This document shows, in pieces, positions 10,583-24,239 of a stretch of 58,183 nt of DNA. The first letter of the stretch is position 1, and each line of letters starts with the position of its first letter. This DNA comes from Chiloscyllium plagiosum (taxonomy: Eukaryota): positions 57,691,071-57,749,253 of the forward strand of contig NC_057718.1 of assembly GCF_004010195.1 (NCBI RefSeq), read 5' to 3'. The notes below the pieces were generated by a model that did not search any database, was not told the origin of the DNA, and saw nothing but the letters and a program-made list of their open reading frames with translations. The position numbers and the translations under genes were made by a program.

Positions 10583-11299
10583 TGTCACGACACACGGGGT
10601 AAACTCTCCTGTTTAATTTAAAACCAGTAACACAGAAAAGATTTATCCCATGCAGTCATTTGTGAAAATTCGACAGGCCAAGAACTAGTTAAAGTAAAAA
10701 TGAACAACTTTATTTCTTTAAGTATAACAGAGAATAATTAACTAACAGCTATTTACAATTTCTTCCTCTAACCTATCTGTTACCTTCCCTTCTATAATAT
10801 TAGTTCGATAAAACTCCTAATTAAGATTTACAAAGCAACACTTCTTATCTCAAAACTAGGCAGCTTTCGGTTCTTCTATTGGATCTTCCTGTGTCTTATT
10901 TTCTTCTTCTTAGGGATTCTGCTTCATGGGTTCCTGATTGATAACAGTACTTTTAAGAAAGCTATTTTTCAGGCAGTCGTTTTACAGGCTGGTAGCCAGG
11001 AAGTTCTCCTCTCAACTGTTCAATTTTTCCCAGTCTTATACCCCAAAGCATCGGCTTGTGTCATTGGCTTTTAAGATTGTCAATGTACTAAATTCAAACT
11101 GGATTGGAGTTTGATATTTTCGTGGTATAATTTAAACTGATTGGCCTAATTCAAACCTGTTTTGTCGATTCAGTCAACCAGTAAATCGAGTTGTTTGACT
11201 AAATGTTACATTACTTTTTTTCAGATCACTTGGTTCTGTCAGGTAGTTCTGTTGCTTTTAACTCTTTTAAAGGTACAGTACATCCACATCTTCATAACA
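10583..11299 (-). mobile_element. Solo LTR related to the Gmr1-like LTRs
   Basis: Reverse complement begins tgttatgaagatgtggatgtactgtacctttaa and ends ...gtcgtgaca; 5-bp TSD gtttt on both sides. Confidence 0.88.
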
Positions 11300-12885
11300 G
11301 TTTTCTGCCCTAGAAACTTCCACTAAAGAATATCATATGGATAAGAGAACAAGGATAAGGATAACAAGAAGGGATAAGGATAATTGCTCCTGTGCAATTA
11401 GTCCAAAATAGAACCATCTAGTGTTCACGGTTAACAATATGTAAGGAACTTTCATGTCACTGTACTTCCTGCAGACATACTGGGCTGTACTTATACTCCT
11501 CATCCCAACTAAAATATTTGAAGGTAGGGGTGGGGTACGGGCGGGCCTTCCCATCACCTTTCTACCAGCTCTTGACCTATCTTCCATGTTAGGTGGGTAG
11601 GGAAAGCATCAGGCTGCTCACTTATCCAGGGAGCCAGGGCTTCATTTCACCTCAGTCACTTATTTACATGTGGTTTAGGAAGGTAGGCAACTCAACATCT
11701 TTCCTTAAACAATCTGCTGTGCCAGGAAAAGGGGCTTTTGTAAGGAGTGTCACATTACTTGGATAATCTGGTTATTGCATTGATTGCAATCACAACAGAG
11801 GTTCAAGCATTGGATGAAATGTTAAAAAGTCTCACTGATCTCAATGTAAAGTCAAAAAGGAAAAAATATACTTTTGTGAAATCGCAGACCTGAATAGAAT
11901 TTTTGTGTGGAGCTGGTTTCATTGTTCTTCTATGTATCCTCCTAAGATAGTGGAATTTATAATAGGAAATGGAAAAGGAGAAACAGCTGAGAAGTTAAAG
12001 AAGTACTTCACATCTCTTGTCAGAGAGGACGATACAAGAAATCATGCTTAAATAGTTAATATCTAAGGGTCTAATGTAAGTGTAGAACTGAAATAAATTG
12101 GTTTTAGTAAAAATGTATTACTGAAGAAACTAATGGGAATGAAAGTTGACAAATCACTGGGACCTGATGACCTTTATCCTAGTGTGTTGAAACTACAGAG
12201 ATAATGTTTACGTGGGTGATTATCTTCATAATTCTAATAACTCCCCCCACATGTAGATTTGAAGGTTGCAAATGTCATCTCACTGTTTTAAGAAAGAAGG
12301 GAGAAAGAACACTGGGGACTATAGAGCTGTTATCCTGGTGTCAGTGCAGGGAAAATCGATTGTAAGGGATGTAATTGCTGGATATTTAGAAAATAATTGC
12401 CTGATTGGACAGAGTCAACTTGGTTTTCTGAAGAGGAAATCATGTTTGACAATCCTGATAAGACTTCATTGAAGATGTTACTAGTACAGTCAATAATAGT
12501 GAAATCACTGGAAGTGGTATATTTCGATTTTCAGAAAGCTTTTTATAAATTTAGTAGTTTTATAAATAAAATCAAAGCACGTGGGATTGGGAATAATACA
12601 CTGCATGGATTGAGGATTGGTTAACAGGTAGAAAAGAAAGAATAGGGATTTTCAGGTTGACAGGCAGTGGGGCACTACAAGGATCAGTTTTTGGCCCCAA
12701 CTGTTTACAATCTATATCAATGATTTGGATCTGGGCCCAACTCTCATGTTTGTAAGTATTCAGATGATATAAAACTTGGGAATGTGAATTATGAGGAGGA
12801 TGCAAAGAGGCTTCAATGAGTTTTAGACAGACTGAGTGAGAAGGCAAGTGGATGGCAGATGGAATATAATGTGGATTAGTGTGAG

Positions 12886-13446
12886 GTCCACACCCCCCAC
12901 CAACCCAACCTCCACTCCCGGCACCTTCCCCTGCAACCGCAGGAGGTGCAAGACTTGCACCCACACCTCCCCCCTCACTTCCCTCCAAGGCCCCAAAGGA
13001 AACTTCCATATCTGCCACANNNNNNNNNNNNNNNNNNNNNNNNNNNNNNNNNNNNNNNNNNNNNNNNNNNNNNNNNNNNNNNNNNNNNNNNNNNNNNNNN
13101 NNNNNNNNNNNNNNNNNNNNNNNNNNNNNNNNNNNNNNNNNNNNNNNNNNNNNNNNNNNNNNNNNNNCTAACCTGCAATCTTCTTCCTGACCTCTCCGCC
13201 CCCACCCCACTCTGACCTATCACCCTCACCTTGACATCTTTCCACCTATCGCATTTCCAACGCCCCTCCCCCAAGTCCCTCCTCCCCACCTTTTATCTTA
13301 GCCTGCTGGACACACTTTCCTCATTCCTGAAGAAGGGCTTATGCCCAAAACGTCGATTACCTTGATGCTGCCTGACCTGCTGCGCTGTTCCAGCAACACA
13401 TTTTCAGCTCTGATCTCCAGCATCTGCATACCTCACTTTCTCCTCC
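12886..13446 (+). mobile_element. Neptune PLE 3' fragment (Cys linker, terminal repeat) spanning an assembly gap
   Basis: PGTFPCNRRRCKTC; terminal repeat with hammerhead-like ctgaagaagggcttatgcccaaaacgtc; probable TSD tgtgag. Confidence 0.85.
13020..13167. other. Assembly gap
   Basis: Run of N. Confidence 1.
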
Positions 13447-14446
13447 TGTGAGATTACCACTCCAGTAGGTGTCATAGAGTCATATAGCACAGAAGAGGAC
13501 CTTCAGCCCATTGAGTCTGTGCCTATCCAGTACACGAATCCACTTTGCAGCACTTGGCCCATAGCCTTGAATGTTATGAAATTTGGTAAAGTTCAGTAGA
13601 ATAAAGGTGTAGAGCATTTCTTAGATATTGAGAGGTTGGAAGGTTTTGATGTCCTTATTCATAAGTCACGAAAAGGTGGCATGCAGGTGCAGCAGGCATT
13701 TCAGAAAGCGAAGAGTATGTTCGCCTTCATACAGGAAGAATTGGCTGCAGGAGTCAAAGAAGTCTTGCTTCAGTTCTGTAATTGGTGGTGAAACTGCACC
13801 TTGTCTCTTGACTAGTTTCTTGCCTAAAGGAAGGTTATACTTGCTGCAGCAGAGGTTCACATCCCTGGAAAAATGGGGCAAATTGAGGAGACTAAGTTTG
13901 TATTCTCTGGAGTTTAGGAGAATGAGAGGTACTGTCATGCAAACATACAAAATTCTTAAAGGGTTAAACAGAGCAGAAGAATATTTCTCCTGGCTATGGG
14001 TTCGAGAACCAAGCAATACAGTCGCAGAATAAAAGGCAAAGCATTTAGGATTGAGATGAGGAAGAGCATTTTCACTCTCTTAGTAGTGAACTTTAGGAAT
14101 TTTATACTGTATAGTGCTGTGGAAGCTGGGTAGATGCAGGAATGATATTTCCACTGGCTTGGGGCTGGTGGATCTAGAACCAGGGGTCTCAGTCTCAGAA
14201 TAAGACGTAAGCCATTTAGATGGAATTTCCTCTCAGTGGTGAATCTTCACAATTCTTTACTCCAAAGGATTGTGGACGCTCAGTCATTGAAGATGTTCAA
14301 AACTGAGACCAACAGGTTTCTCAATATTAAAGATATGAGGGGATATAGAGAGAGTGCATCAAAATGGCATGAGGTCGAAGTCATTATCCACTTAAATGGC
14401 TGTGCAAATTTGATGGCCCAAATGGCCATCTTCTGCTTGTAATTCC

Positions 14447-14785
14447 TGTGTGGCTCAGTGGTTAGCACTGCTGCCTCACAGTACCGGGAACCCAGATTTG
14501 ATTCCAACCTCAGGGGATTGTCTGTGTGGAGTTTGCATGTTCTCCCCGTGTCTGCGTGGGTTTCCTCTGCATACTCTGTTTCCTCCAACAATCCAAAGAT
14601 ATGCAGGTGGGTTGGCCATGCTAAATTGTACATAGTGTCCAGGGATGTGCAGGCTAGGTGGCTTAGCCATGGGAAATACAGGGTTACAGGGATGTGATGG
14701 ATCTGGGTGAGTTGCTCTTCAAATGGTCGGCATGGATTCAATGGGCTGAATAGTTTGCTTCCATTGCTGAAGGGGTTCTATGTAT
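14447..14785 (+). mobile_element. HE1-type V-SINE
   Basis: tRNA-like head gtggctcagtggttagcactgctgcctcac, V-domain tgtgtggagtttgcatgttctccccgtgtctgcgtgggtttcctc, CR1-like tail. Confidence 0.88.
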
Positions 14786-14789
14786 TTCA

Positions 14790-15175
14790 TGTGCCTATCT
14801 AAATTCCCCTTAAATTCACAAATGCTATTGTTTCAACTGCATGTTGTAGTAAAATGCTACATATTCCTAACACTTTCAGAAATAGAACCTTGTCATGAAG
14901 TTTCTGTTAGGTTTATGAATTACAAACTTATATTTTGACTCCTAGATTTGGACTGACAGTGAAGTGGAAAAATTTCCTCCTATGTCCCATTATTGTAAAA
15001 GTTTCTATCAAGTCGACCTTCAGCTTTCTCTTTTCCAGAGAAAAAAGAATCCCAGCCTGTTCTGCCTTACCTGATAAATACATATTCCCAGTCCTGTATA
15101 ATCCTTGTGGAACCTTTTTTGCATCTTCTCCAGAGCATCCATGTCCTTTTCATAAGAACAGAACAATGTACAGTA
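14790..15175 (-). mobile_element. Old CR1 3' fragment
   Basis: Minus strand: EYCTLFCSYEKDMDALEKMQKRF. Confidence 0.65.
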
Positions 15176-15187
15176 CTCATCTACCAT

Positions 15188-16862
15188 CAAAGAGTGTGGT
15201 GCTGAACAAGCACAGTCAGTCAGGCAGTATCCGAGGAGCAGGAGAATCGACATTTCGAGCATAAGCTCTTCATCAGGAATGAGAGCGTGGCCCAAGGGGG
15301 TGGCTAAGGGGGCTGAGATAAATGAGAGGGGTGGGGCTGGGGGGAGGGTAGCTGGGAATGCAAAAGGTTGATGAAGGTGGGGTTGAAGGTGATAGGTCAG
15401 CGAGGAGGATGGAGCAGATAGATTGGAAGGAAGGTGGATAGGTAGGATAGTTCAAGAGGGCAGTGCTGAGTTGGAAGGTTGGATCTGGGATAAGGAAAAT
15501 GGGAAAATTGGTTAATTTCACATTGATGCCATGTGGTTGGAGGATCCCAAGGTGAAAGATGAGGCATTTTTCCACCAGGCGTGGCTAGAGTTTGGCGGTG
15601 GAGGAGGCCCAGGACTTGCATGTCCTTGGCGGAGTGGGAGGGAAGTTGAAGTGATCGGCCACAGGGTGGTGGGGTAGTTGAGTGCGTATGTCCCAGAGAT
15701 GTTCCGCAAGTTGGTGTCCTGTCTCCCCAACGTAGAGGAGACCACATTGAGAGCAACAACACAGTAGATGTCGTGTGTGGAAATATAGGTAAATCTTTTT
15801 TAAAGTGGAAGGATCCTTTGGGGCTTTGCACTTTTTGCAGTGGCAGGGAAAGGTCCCAGGAGTGGAAAGGGGGCTGGTATGGTGGACGTAATAATGGAGT
15901 CGTGCAGGGAATGGTCTCTCTGGAAGGCAGATAGAGGTGGGGAGGGTAATATATCTCTGGTGGTGGGGTCTGTTTGAAGGCGGAGGATAATGCAATATAC
16001 CTGGAGGTTGGTGCAGTAGAAGGTGAGGACCAGGGTGGTTCTGTCCGTGTTGCGATTGGATGGATGGGATTCAAGGGTGGAGGTGCAGGAAATGGAGGAG
16101 ATGCGCTGGAGGGCATTGTTGACCACGTGTGAGGGGAAATTATGATCTTTGAAGAAGGAGGCCATCTGGGATGTTCAATGTGGAATTGGTCCTCCTGGGA
16201 GCAGATGCGCCGGAGGTGGAGGAATTAAGAATAAGGAATAATGTTTACAAGACACAGGATGGGAGGAGGTGTAGTCCAGGTAGCTGTGGGAGTTGGTGGG
16301 TTTGTAGTAAATGTCCGTGTTGTGTCGGTCATCGGAGATGGAGATAGAAAGGTCCAGGAAGGGGAGGGAGGTGTCCGAGATGGTCCAGGTGAACTTGAGG
16401 TAGGGGTGGAAGGTGTTCATGAAGTTGATGAACTATTCAGCCTCCTTGTGTCAGCACGAGGTGGCGCTGATACAGTCATCGGTGTTGCAGAGGAAAAGGT
16501 GGGGAATGGTGCCGGTGTAGCCGCGGAAGTTGGACTGTTCCACTTACCCAACGAAGAGGTAGGCATAGCTGGGGCTCATGCATGTGCCTATGACTACCCC
16601 TTTGCTGTGAAGGAAGTGGGAGGATTCAATGGAGAAATTGTTGAGGGTGGGACCAGTTCAGCCAATCAAATGTGTGTGTCAGTGGAAGGAAACTGGTTGG
16701 GTCAGCAGGAGAGGAAGAAATGGAGGGCTTGGAGGCTTTCACCATGGCAGGTGGTTGTGTACAGGGATTCGATGTCCATGGTAAAGATGAGACATTGGGG
16801 GCCTGGGAAACAAAAGGCATGGAGGATGTGGAGGGCACGGGTGGTGTCAAGATATGCAGAGA
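15188..16862 (-). mobile_element. Neptune-type PLE (RT, Cys linker, GIY-YIG, terminal repeat), decayed
   Basis: FTMDIESLYT; LPFLDLSISI...DIYYKPTNSHSYLDYTSSHP; CSQCGLLYVGETG; hammerhead motif at about 15245-15280. Confidence 0.9.
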
Positions 16863-17671
16863 TAAGTTCATTCCAAGTACCATCTAACCAAATTATTGGA
16901 CCAAGTTTAATGTAACTTCGCTGATTTGCAATTTCAGCCCTCTCAGAAATGAGTCCCATTGTGTGGTCTGGCTTTTCTTTATGGCCTCAGTAACACTCAA
17001 TGTTACTTTTAATGATTTATGATTGTGATTTTCTTTGTAAGGTGCAGTTATTTTTGCTTCACCCACATGAAGCATTATACTGCATGTGTGAGAACCAGTT
17101 ACTATTCTTGGAAAAGATCAGTTTATGTTCAGTCATTAACACAGTACAACATGTACCTGCTGTTTTCCATTCAGTGTTTAAACACTCACTATGAACAATA
17201 ATCAGCAATAAAGTCATGACTCTAAGTGTGAGTCATACTCCAGTGACCTTACTTTTTAAGCTAATTTGGCTCCTATAAATATAATTGCGAAACCAAGTTG
17301 TGACTGAAATACTCAGTAAGCTGCCATTAATCTCAGTATAAACAATCATCAGGCTTCCTTATGATGCCAGCATTAGTGGTCCTTTGAGTCAAATGTTGTT
17401 TATGTAATAGATTTTAAATTGCACTCTTGGTAATCCAGTACCGTTTCCACAACAGCCAGTAATGCTGAATTGGAGAAAAAGTGTTTATACATCTGTGTTA
17501 AATTAATGTGCTTTGCTCCACATAATTGCATTCATTAAACAAAATAAATAGGTTGCTGAAAATTGATCTTGAGCAAATGACCGTTACTAGATCGAGTGAC
17601 ACAACATTAATTTAGACAAGTTTGAACAGATGATAGGAGAACATGCAAGGTGAACTGTCATAAAATTTCAT

Positions 17672-17966
17672 GTAGGTTAGATTGCCTACAGTGTAGAAAC
17701 AAGCCCTTCGGCACAACCAGTCCACACCGACCCTCCAAAGAGTAACCCACCCAGACCCATTTCCCTCTGACTAATGCAGCTTACACTCTGGGTAATTTAG
17801 CATGGCCAATTCACCTGGCCTGCACATCTTTGGACTATGGGAGGAAACCGGAGCACCCGGAGAATGTGCAAATTCCACACAGACAGTCACCCAAGGCTGG
17901 AATTGAACCTGGGACCTTGGTGCTGTGAGGCTGCAGTGCTAACCACTGAGCCACCGTGCTGCCATA
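17672..17966 (-). mobile_element. HE1-type V-SINE
   Basis: Reverse complement of the HE1 head, V-domain and tail. Confidence 0.88.
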
Positions 17967-18734
17967 ATGTAGAAATAGAAAGAATGACCTTGCAGCAGTA
18001 ATATTATGCACTTTGATTGCTGAATGAGAGTTTATGACATTTCCTTTATCCATTATTTCATCAGAGCTTTGTCTTTGTTTATACTGAATTAAAACAAGTA
18101 AATGGAGGAACATCACAGGAATGAGTGAAGAGCGTACTAATATTTAATGAAGCATGAAAATGCAAGATGCCCTGTAAAAAGAGATGAAAAGAAACAATGG
18201 AGAAGAGAGAAGGGATACAAGCTCAAAAATAGGATTTGGTAGGTGTAGTGTGAACAGTATGTGAACTAGAACAATGACAAAATTGTGATGGGAGAGGTCG
18301 GAAGAGAAACAGGAGAGTCTAAACTCAACCATCATGAAAATGAATGCAGAGATTGTTACCCAGATTACCATTGTTTCTAATGTGAGTAATACAGTAACTT
18401 AATGATTGTAGAATGCAGACAGTGCTGACTGCATTATTGAGTGGGTTCTTGCCTCAACAGAGAGCTCAGAATTATGCTGATAGTGCCATTGATGTTATTC
18501 CACATTTACATCACAGCTTGGAAAATGCTTTCTGTTCAATCATTACAATCACCTCACCCAGACTCTGCCACACATTTTCACTTTTAGGGACAAATTATCA
18601 CACAACAAGAGCAGATCTAAGTGGTCAGGATAGGTCCAGCTGCATGTTCCAATTCCAGTGATTTGTCATCATAAAATATAAGAACAGTAAGCCCTGGAGA
18701 ACCTCATCAGGTCTGGAAGCATCTATGGAAAGAG

Positions 18735-19440
18735 AATCGAAGAACAACAGCCTCCACACCTCCATCCAACGTCCCAATCAGTCCTTCCTGATGAGACAGA
18801 GGTTCACCTGCCTCTCTTCCAACCGAGTTTTCTGTATCCTGTGCTCCTGATGTATTCTTCTCTACATCGGACAGACCAAACGTAAACTAAGGGAACATTT
18901 CACTGAGCATCTCAGCTGGGCCCGCAGGGATGACTGGATCTCCCAATCACCGCTCATTTTAATTCCCCTTCCCACTCCTGTTCCAACATGACCATCTTTG
19001 GCCTTCTCCATTGCCACCATGAATCAAACTGCAAATTGGCAGAACAACACCTCATTTTCCACTTGGCTAGCCTACAGCCCAGAGTACTCAACATTGAGTT
19101 CTCTAATTTCAAATAACCTCCCTTCCCATTCCCAGACACCGTTCCCAGTGTCCACCCCCCTGCCCCTGCCACCTTTTCACTCCTCCCTGCAACCTATCAG
19201 ATTCATTCCTCCAATTGACTAACCAGGTCATACGTTCTGCCTGGCTTCGCCTATCTCCACCTCACAACCTTGGCCCCCGGCCACCCCCTTTAACTGTAGC
19301 TCCCCCCACCCACCACTAGTCCTGAAGAGGGGTTACAACCGAAATGTTGATTTCTCCACCTCCTGCTGCTGCCTGGCTGGTGTTCTTCCAGCTTCCTGTC
19401 TGTTTACCTTGGATTCCAACATCTGCAGTTTTTTTTGTCT
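18735..19440 (+). mobile_element. Neptune PLE 3' fragment (GIY-YIG and terminal repeat)
   Basis: FTCLSSN...LYIGQTKRKL; terminal repeat with ctgaagaggggttacaaccgaaatgttg. Confidence 0.82.
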
Positions 19441-22400
19441 CTTGCAGTAGGGCCTCAACTGTAGAAGACAGATCCCCAGACTTGATTGTGCTAGCATCCA
19501 ACTTCTTTTTATATAACAATGTGCTTGAATTTCCCAGCCGCATATAGCATGAATGTTCATATCTTGTGATCTCCATCTCCCTTTTCCTACCATTCTATCT
19601 TTCATCTTTTTCCTTTCAGATTCCAAGAATAGCAACCTGCCCAGACAGTTCTGAATAAGCAAGACACAGGTAATGAAGAAGAAACGACACTATTCCATCA
19701 TACACAAAGCCACCAGTTCAGAAAATGAGGCAGTGTGTATTTAGAAGATAGTACAGAAACATGATTGGCATGTTGAAGGACATAACCCTTCTCAAACTGT
19801 AAAATCATAAGATCCGAAAGAAACCCGAAACCGTAGGTATGACCTTGAACTGTAAAATACGAACAATCGGTCCTCAATACAGAGCCTACAGAAGCAAGTT
19901 ATATAGGCTTGAAGGGGTTAATGTTGCAGAAATGTGAGCCAGCCAAACCTCTGGCTCATCAGAAACCTGGAACTAACATCATCGCAAACAATAGTGCAAG
20001 GTAACTCTCACTGCCTCATACAATTAAAAGATTGGAAGAGGCATTCTTATAAACAATGGTACAGGGTAGCAGTCATCACAGAGCACAGTAAGTGTTTGCC
20101 AAGAAAGTGAAGTATCATACATTCACACTTCTAAAACCAGGTCTCCCTCACTGTGGTAGAGATTGTATTGTTTTCTATTACCAAAACAATGTTATGTTCA
20201 TTCATCCCTGTCTAGGCTAAGCCATGGAAAAAGCAAATAATAAAGAGGTTACTTAGGGTGAATGCTTACTGCGTACTCTGTAACTACTTCAATAATATGA
20301 TATCTGACACAATTCAGAAAAGAGGGGCAAGTATGCTCATAAAACACACGTTTTGACATTTTGTGTTTGGAATTTCAATTAGCATTGAGTGTTTCTGTAG
20401 ATGAGAAATTTCAGTGAACCAGAAATATTGAAGGGTCTCTGATCCAAAGAGAGGGTTACGGGGGTGGGGGTTGAGGTGGTGGGGGTGGTAGAGACCCTCA
20501 AACCTGATCAAGCCACATCTGTTTTTCAGCCACCACCAGTTGGAAATGTGGTGCTGACAATGTTGGTAATGGCTATTAAGGGGGATGCTTAGATCGAGTC
20601 CTAATAAGCCATCTGATCATTTTCTTATGAAAATAGATGTTGAGTACCTCTCAGCAGAAATATTGCGAGAACTCTAACAATAGTGGGATTTGCAAACTGA
20701 CAGCCTGGTCTATTTAGGGTTCATGTTGCCAATCTCATCACTGCAGGAACTTCTGTCACAATGAATTACCAAAAAATAATTAGAAAGTAGTTTTAAAATA
20801 TAATTGAACAATGGGCTGTGTCACATCTTCAATTATTAAATATACAATGCTCCTGTTCATGATGAAGTTCTGCAAAATGCACAATCAATTTTTTTTCCTG
20901 GTGTAGAAACCCTCTCCTCAAGTTTTGCCTCTTTAAAATAAACATCAACTTCATGTTCTTCAATTGCTTTCTCCCAGTGTGCTTGCAGGAATTCTGAATA
21001 TCAACAGCTAATGCTCCTAAAGTTATCCAGGGCTTTCTGGTTTCTAGCCATAATACTGGTGGAAGACTAGGAAAAATCCCATTGAGAGATGGCAAGTTCT
21101 TGTCTTCATCCAGTGCTGTAAGATTTCACTAGATGTTTGACATAGAAAACTGATATGGCATTTTGGATCATAACATATGTTCCACCTCATTTTTAGCATT
21201 AGACACATCACAGAATTATACTGAATGCCATTTTGGTGTTGTCACCATTTGTTGCAGCTTTATGCAGTATTTCAATACTGTTGGTCAACATGTTTTACTT
21301 TTCTCAGCTGGTGTATAAAATTCAAATGTCCAGAATTTGGATTTTTTAGCACTGTTAGAGAGAAAGATCTGCAGATATCTGTTAATCTGAGTCAGGGTAG
21401 ACAGCAGCACAACAGAAGTATAGCACAACACTATAGTCAGGTAAAAGAGATGGAAGCACCCAATTTTTTGTGCTGCCTGTCTCCATCGGAAGGAGTTGAG
21501 AGTCATAACCCTGCATCAAAGAAATCCTAGTCAACAATGTTTAGTCCCAAGAGTCTTGGAGGATGTCACTGTGAATTTTCTGCCATTCCAGCAAGTTACT
21601 TTCACTTCTATCAGCCTACAAACTTAGACAGGCCTCAGTCACACTTACCAGTAATTTCTCCAATGTTCTGAGTCAATGCAATTTTTTTTCTCAGTACTTC
21701 TCAGGGATAATAAAATCCCTAGTGTTGTACCTCACTCTGAATTGAATTGGAGGGCAACTTATCTTCCCCCCAGCCCCCATCTCCTGATTATTTACTTTTG
21801 GTGCTGCCTTCTTGACCCACCAAAGAACAACATTTCATTTGTTCCCATCAAATAATTGAGAACTCTACTTCTTCTTTACTTTGTCGACAAATATGTCAAC
21901 ATCCTTGCGACTATAGTTTTGTTCTCTAACTTCTTTTGTCTTCTGCCGAATTACCTGATTAAAAATATGACTTTCTAGTCATTCCCCATAAATCCTAAGT
22001 GAAAGAAGCCCATTGGCAAGACCTCAAAGACTGTCTTGGAATATCCATAAAATACAAGCAATGCATTTGTTGCCAAAGTAAAGGTCACAGCATTTTAGCT
22101 TTCACTGCTTAATCTCTGTAGTAAGAGAGAAGCATACAATAAAACAGTCTGAAATGAGAGGAATTAAAAACATGAATAAAATGCTTGGTTGGTTTAAAAA
22201 ACTGAAGTATATTGTATAATGAATTATTTTCTATTACAAACATGTATAAACACTTTTCTTTTAAGTCATTGCATTTGTGAAGGGTGGAAGAGTATAAGCA
22301 GCACTTTGACAGTGCAATTGAATAATAAAATCAGTGGGGAAAAGATTGAGTGACTCTTGCTGGTGGGCACGGGGATTGTGACACGCAATTAACATGCAAC

Positions 22401-22463
22401 TATTCATTGCCAAGCCACAAGCAGACAAATGTTGTGCTACCTGCTAATTTAAATGATAGTGGC

Positions 22464-22600
22464 TGGGAGCTGGTTAGCTCAGTTGGCTGGTAGCTGCTTT
22501 GTGATGCAAATTGATGCCAACAGCATGGGTACAAATCCCACACTGCTAAGATCACCATGAAGGTCCCTCCTTCCAGACCTCTTCCCTTGTCTTTCTTTAA
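22464..22600 (+). mobile_element. tRNA-derived SINE head (same family as 51548-51728)
   Basis: ggttagctcagttggctgg (A box) ... gggtacaaatccc (B-box-like); reverse-complement match at 51548-51728. Confidence 0.65.
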
Positions 22601-22854
22601 TGATTGAGCAGCTGTTTGGTCCTCTGGGGATAGGTGATTTGAGTGGGCAGCCTTGTGTTAAGCATGCTGGCTGCAATCAGCAGGAGACTTAAGCTTTTGC
22701 ACCACTTGAAGTTGGAAGCGTGCATTAGTTCAAACCAGCTGCAGCTCTTAAAAGGGGAAGGGGTGCGTTCTGGCTGGGGAAAAGAATCTGAGCTACAAGA
22801 AGAGCGAATACGGTAAAAGAGACCAGAGAAAAGGCTGAGAGGTAACCTTACAGA

Positions 22855-23220
22855 CGTTTATAAAATCATGAAGGGCATGGACAGGGTAAGTAGACAAAGT
22901 CTTTTCCCTGGGGTGGGAAAGTCCAGAACCAGAGGGCCTAGGTTTAGGGTGAGAGGGGAAAAATTTAAAAGGGACCTAAAGGGCAACCTTTTCATGCAAA
23001 GGGCGGTGTGCGTATGGAATGAGCTGCCACAGGAAGTGGTGGAGGCTGATACAATTACAACATTTAAAAGGCATCTGGATGGGTATATGAATAAGAAGGG
23101 TTTAGTGGGATATGGGCAAAGTGCTGGCACATGGGACTAGATTAGTTTAGAATATCTGGTTGGCATGGGCGGGTTGGACCGAAGAGTCTATTTCTGTGCT
23201 GTACATCTCTATGCCTCTTT
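22855..23220 (+). mobile_element. CR1 3' end
   Basis: MKGMDRV...RTRGPRFRVRGEKFKRDLKGNLFMQRAVCVWNELP...FKRHLD. Confidence 0.9.
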
Positions 23221-23529
23221 AACAAGCTCCAAGATGATCAGTTACAGCACTGGGAGCGAACTATCAAAACTATCAGGTATTTTCTTGCAGTGGTACAAAG
23301 AATTTGTATATTGCAGCTATATAGGACAACCAGGCATATCATGTGCAGTTTTGGTCTCCTTATTTAATAAAAAATACACTTGCAGCAAAGTTGGATCAGA
23401 CTGATTCCTGGGTTAGCAGGTTTGTTGTATGAGGAAAGTTTGAGTTGACAGGGGCCTGAATTTACTGGAAGTTTGTAGAACAAAAGGGGATCTAGTTGAA
23501 ATATAGGACAGGACAGGACAGTCTAGATA

Positions 23530-23785
23530 TAGATTAGATTAGATTCCCTTTGGTGGGCCCAACCAGTCCACACCGACCCTCTGAAGAGTAACCCACCCAG
23601 ACCCATTTCCCTCTGACTAGTGTACCTAACACTATGGGCAATTTAGCATGGCCAATTCACCTACCCTGCACATCTTTGGACTGTGGGAGGAAACCTGAGC
23701 ATCTGGAGGAAACCCACTCAGACACGGGGAGAACGTGCAAACCCCACACAGACTGTAGCCCAAGGCTGGAATCGAGCCTGGGATT
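23530..23785 (-). mobile_element. HE1-type V-SINE, 5' truncated
   Basis: (agatt)n tail and V-domain reverse complement; flanked by old CR1 pieces. Confidence 0.85.
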
Positions 23786-24066
23786 TCTATTCTTCTACTG
23801 AAGGGTACATCCTCACATTGTCCAACATTATACTCCATAACTTAACCTATCCATTTCTCTTAAACTTCTATCCTTCTCAGAATTTGCTTTCCTACATATC
23901 CTTATACCATCAGTAAATCTAATTACAATACAGTCTGACCTTTCATTCAAGTGATTAATGGTGATTGCAAATTGTTCAAGTCTCAGCACTGGTCCCTTGT
24001 CACTTGACTAGTTAATAGTTCACCAATCTGAAAATGACCTTTTATCCTGACTCTGTTTCTTGTTAG

Positions 24067-24201
24067 CTGAAAATGTGTTGCTGGAAAAGCGCAGCAGGTC
24101 AGGCAGCATCCAAGGAACAGGAGAATCGACGTTTCAGGCATAAGCCCTTCCAACAACATTTTCAGCTCTGATCTCCGGCATCTGCAGCCCTCACTTTCTC
24201 T
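24067..24201. mobile_element. 135-bp mini-PLE (inverted terminal-repeat junction)
   Basis: 16-bp TSD ctctgtttcttgttag (24051-24066, 24202-24217); same family as 2979-3258. Confidence 0.85.
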
Positions 24202-24239
24202 CTCTGTTTCTTGTTAGTCAGCCAGTCCTTTTTTTATTG

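Larger units (their letters stand above)
11950..14445 (+). mobile_element. Old fragmented CR1 LINE(s) (RT to 3' UTR) with nested inserts
   Basis: FKKEGRKNTGDYRAV, QLGFLKRKSCLT, YFDFQKAF, LYSLEFRRMRG motifs. Confidence 0.8.

Noticed and set aside
14447..14520. tRNA gene-like sequence (also at 22464 and 42970)
   Set aside because: SINE heads with A/B boxes that continue into SINE bodies; no complete cloverleaf
16241..16915. 224-aa V/G-rich plus-strand ORF
   Set aside because: Antisense shadow of the Penelope RT coding sequence
18130..19760. Possible Harbinger Myb/SANT partner gene remnants
   Set aside because: Resemblance too faint to support by eye
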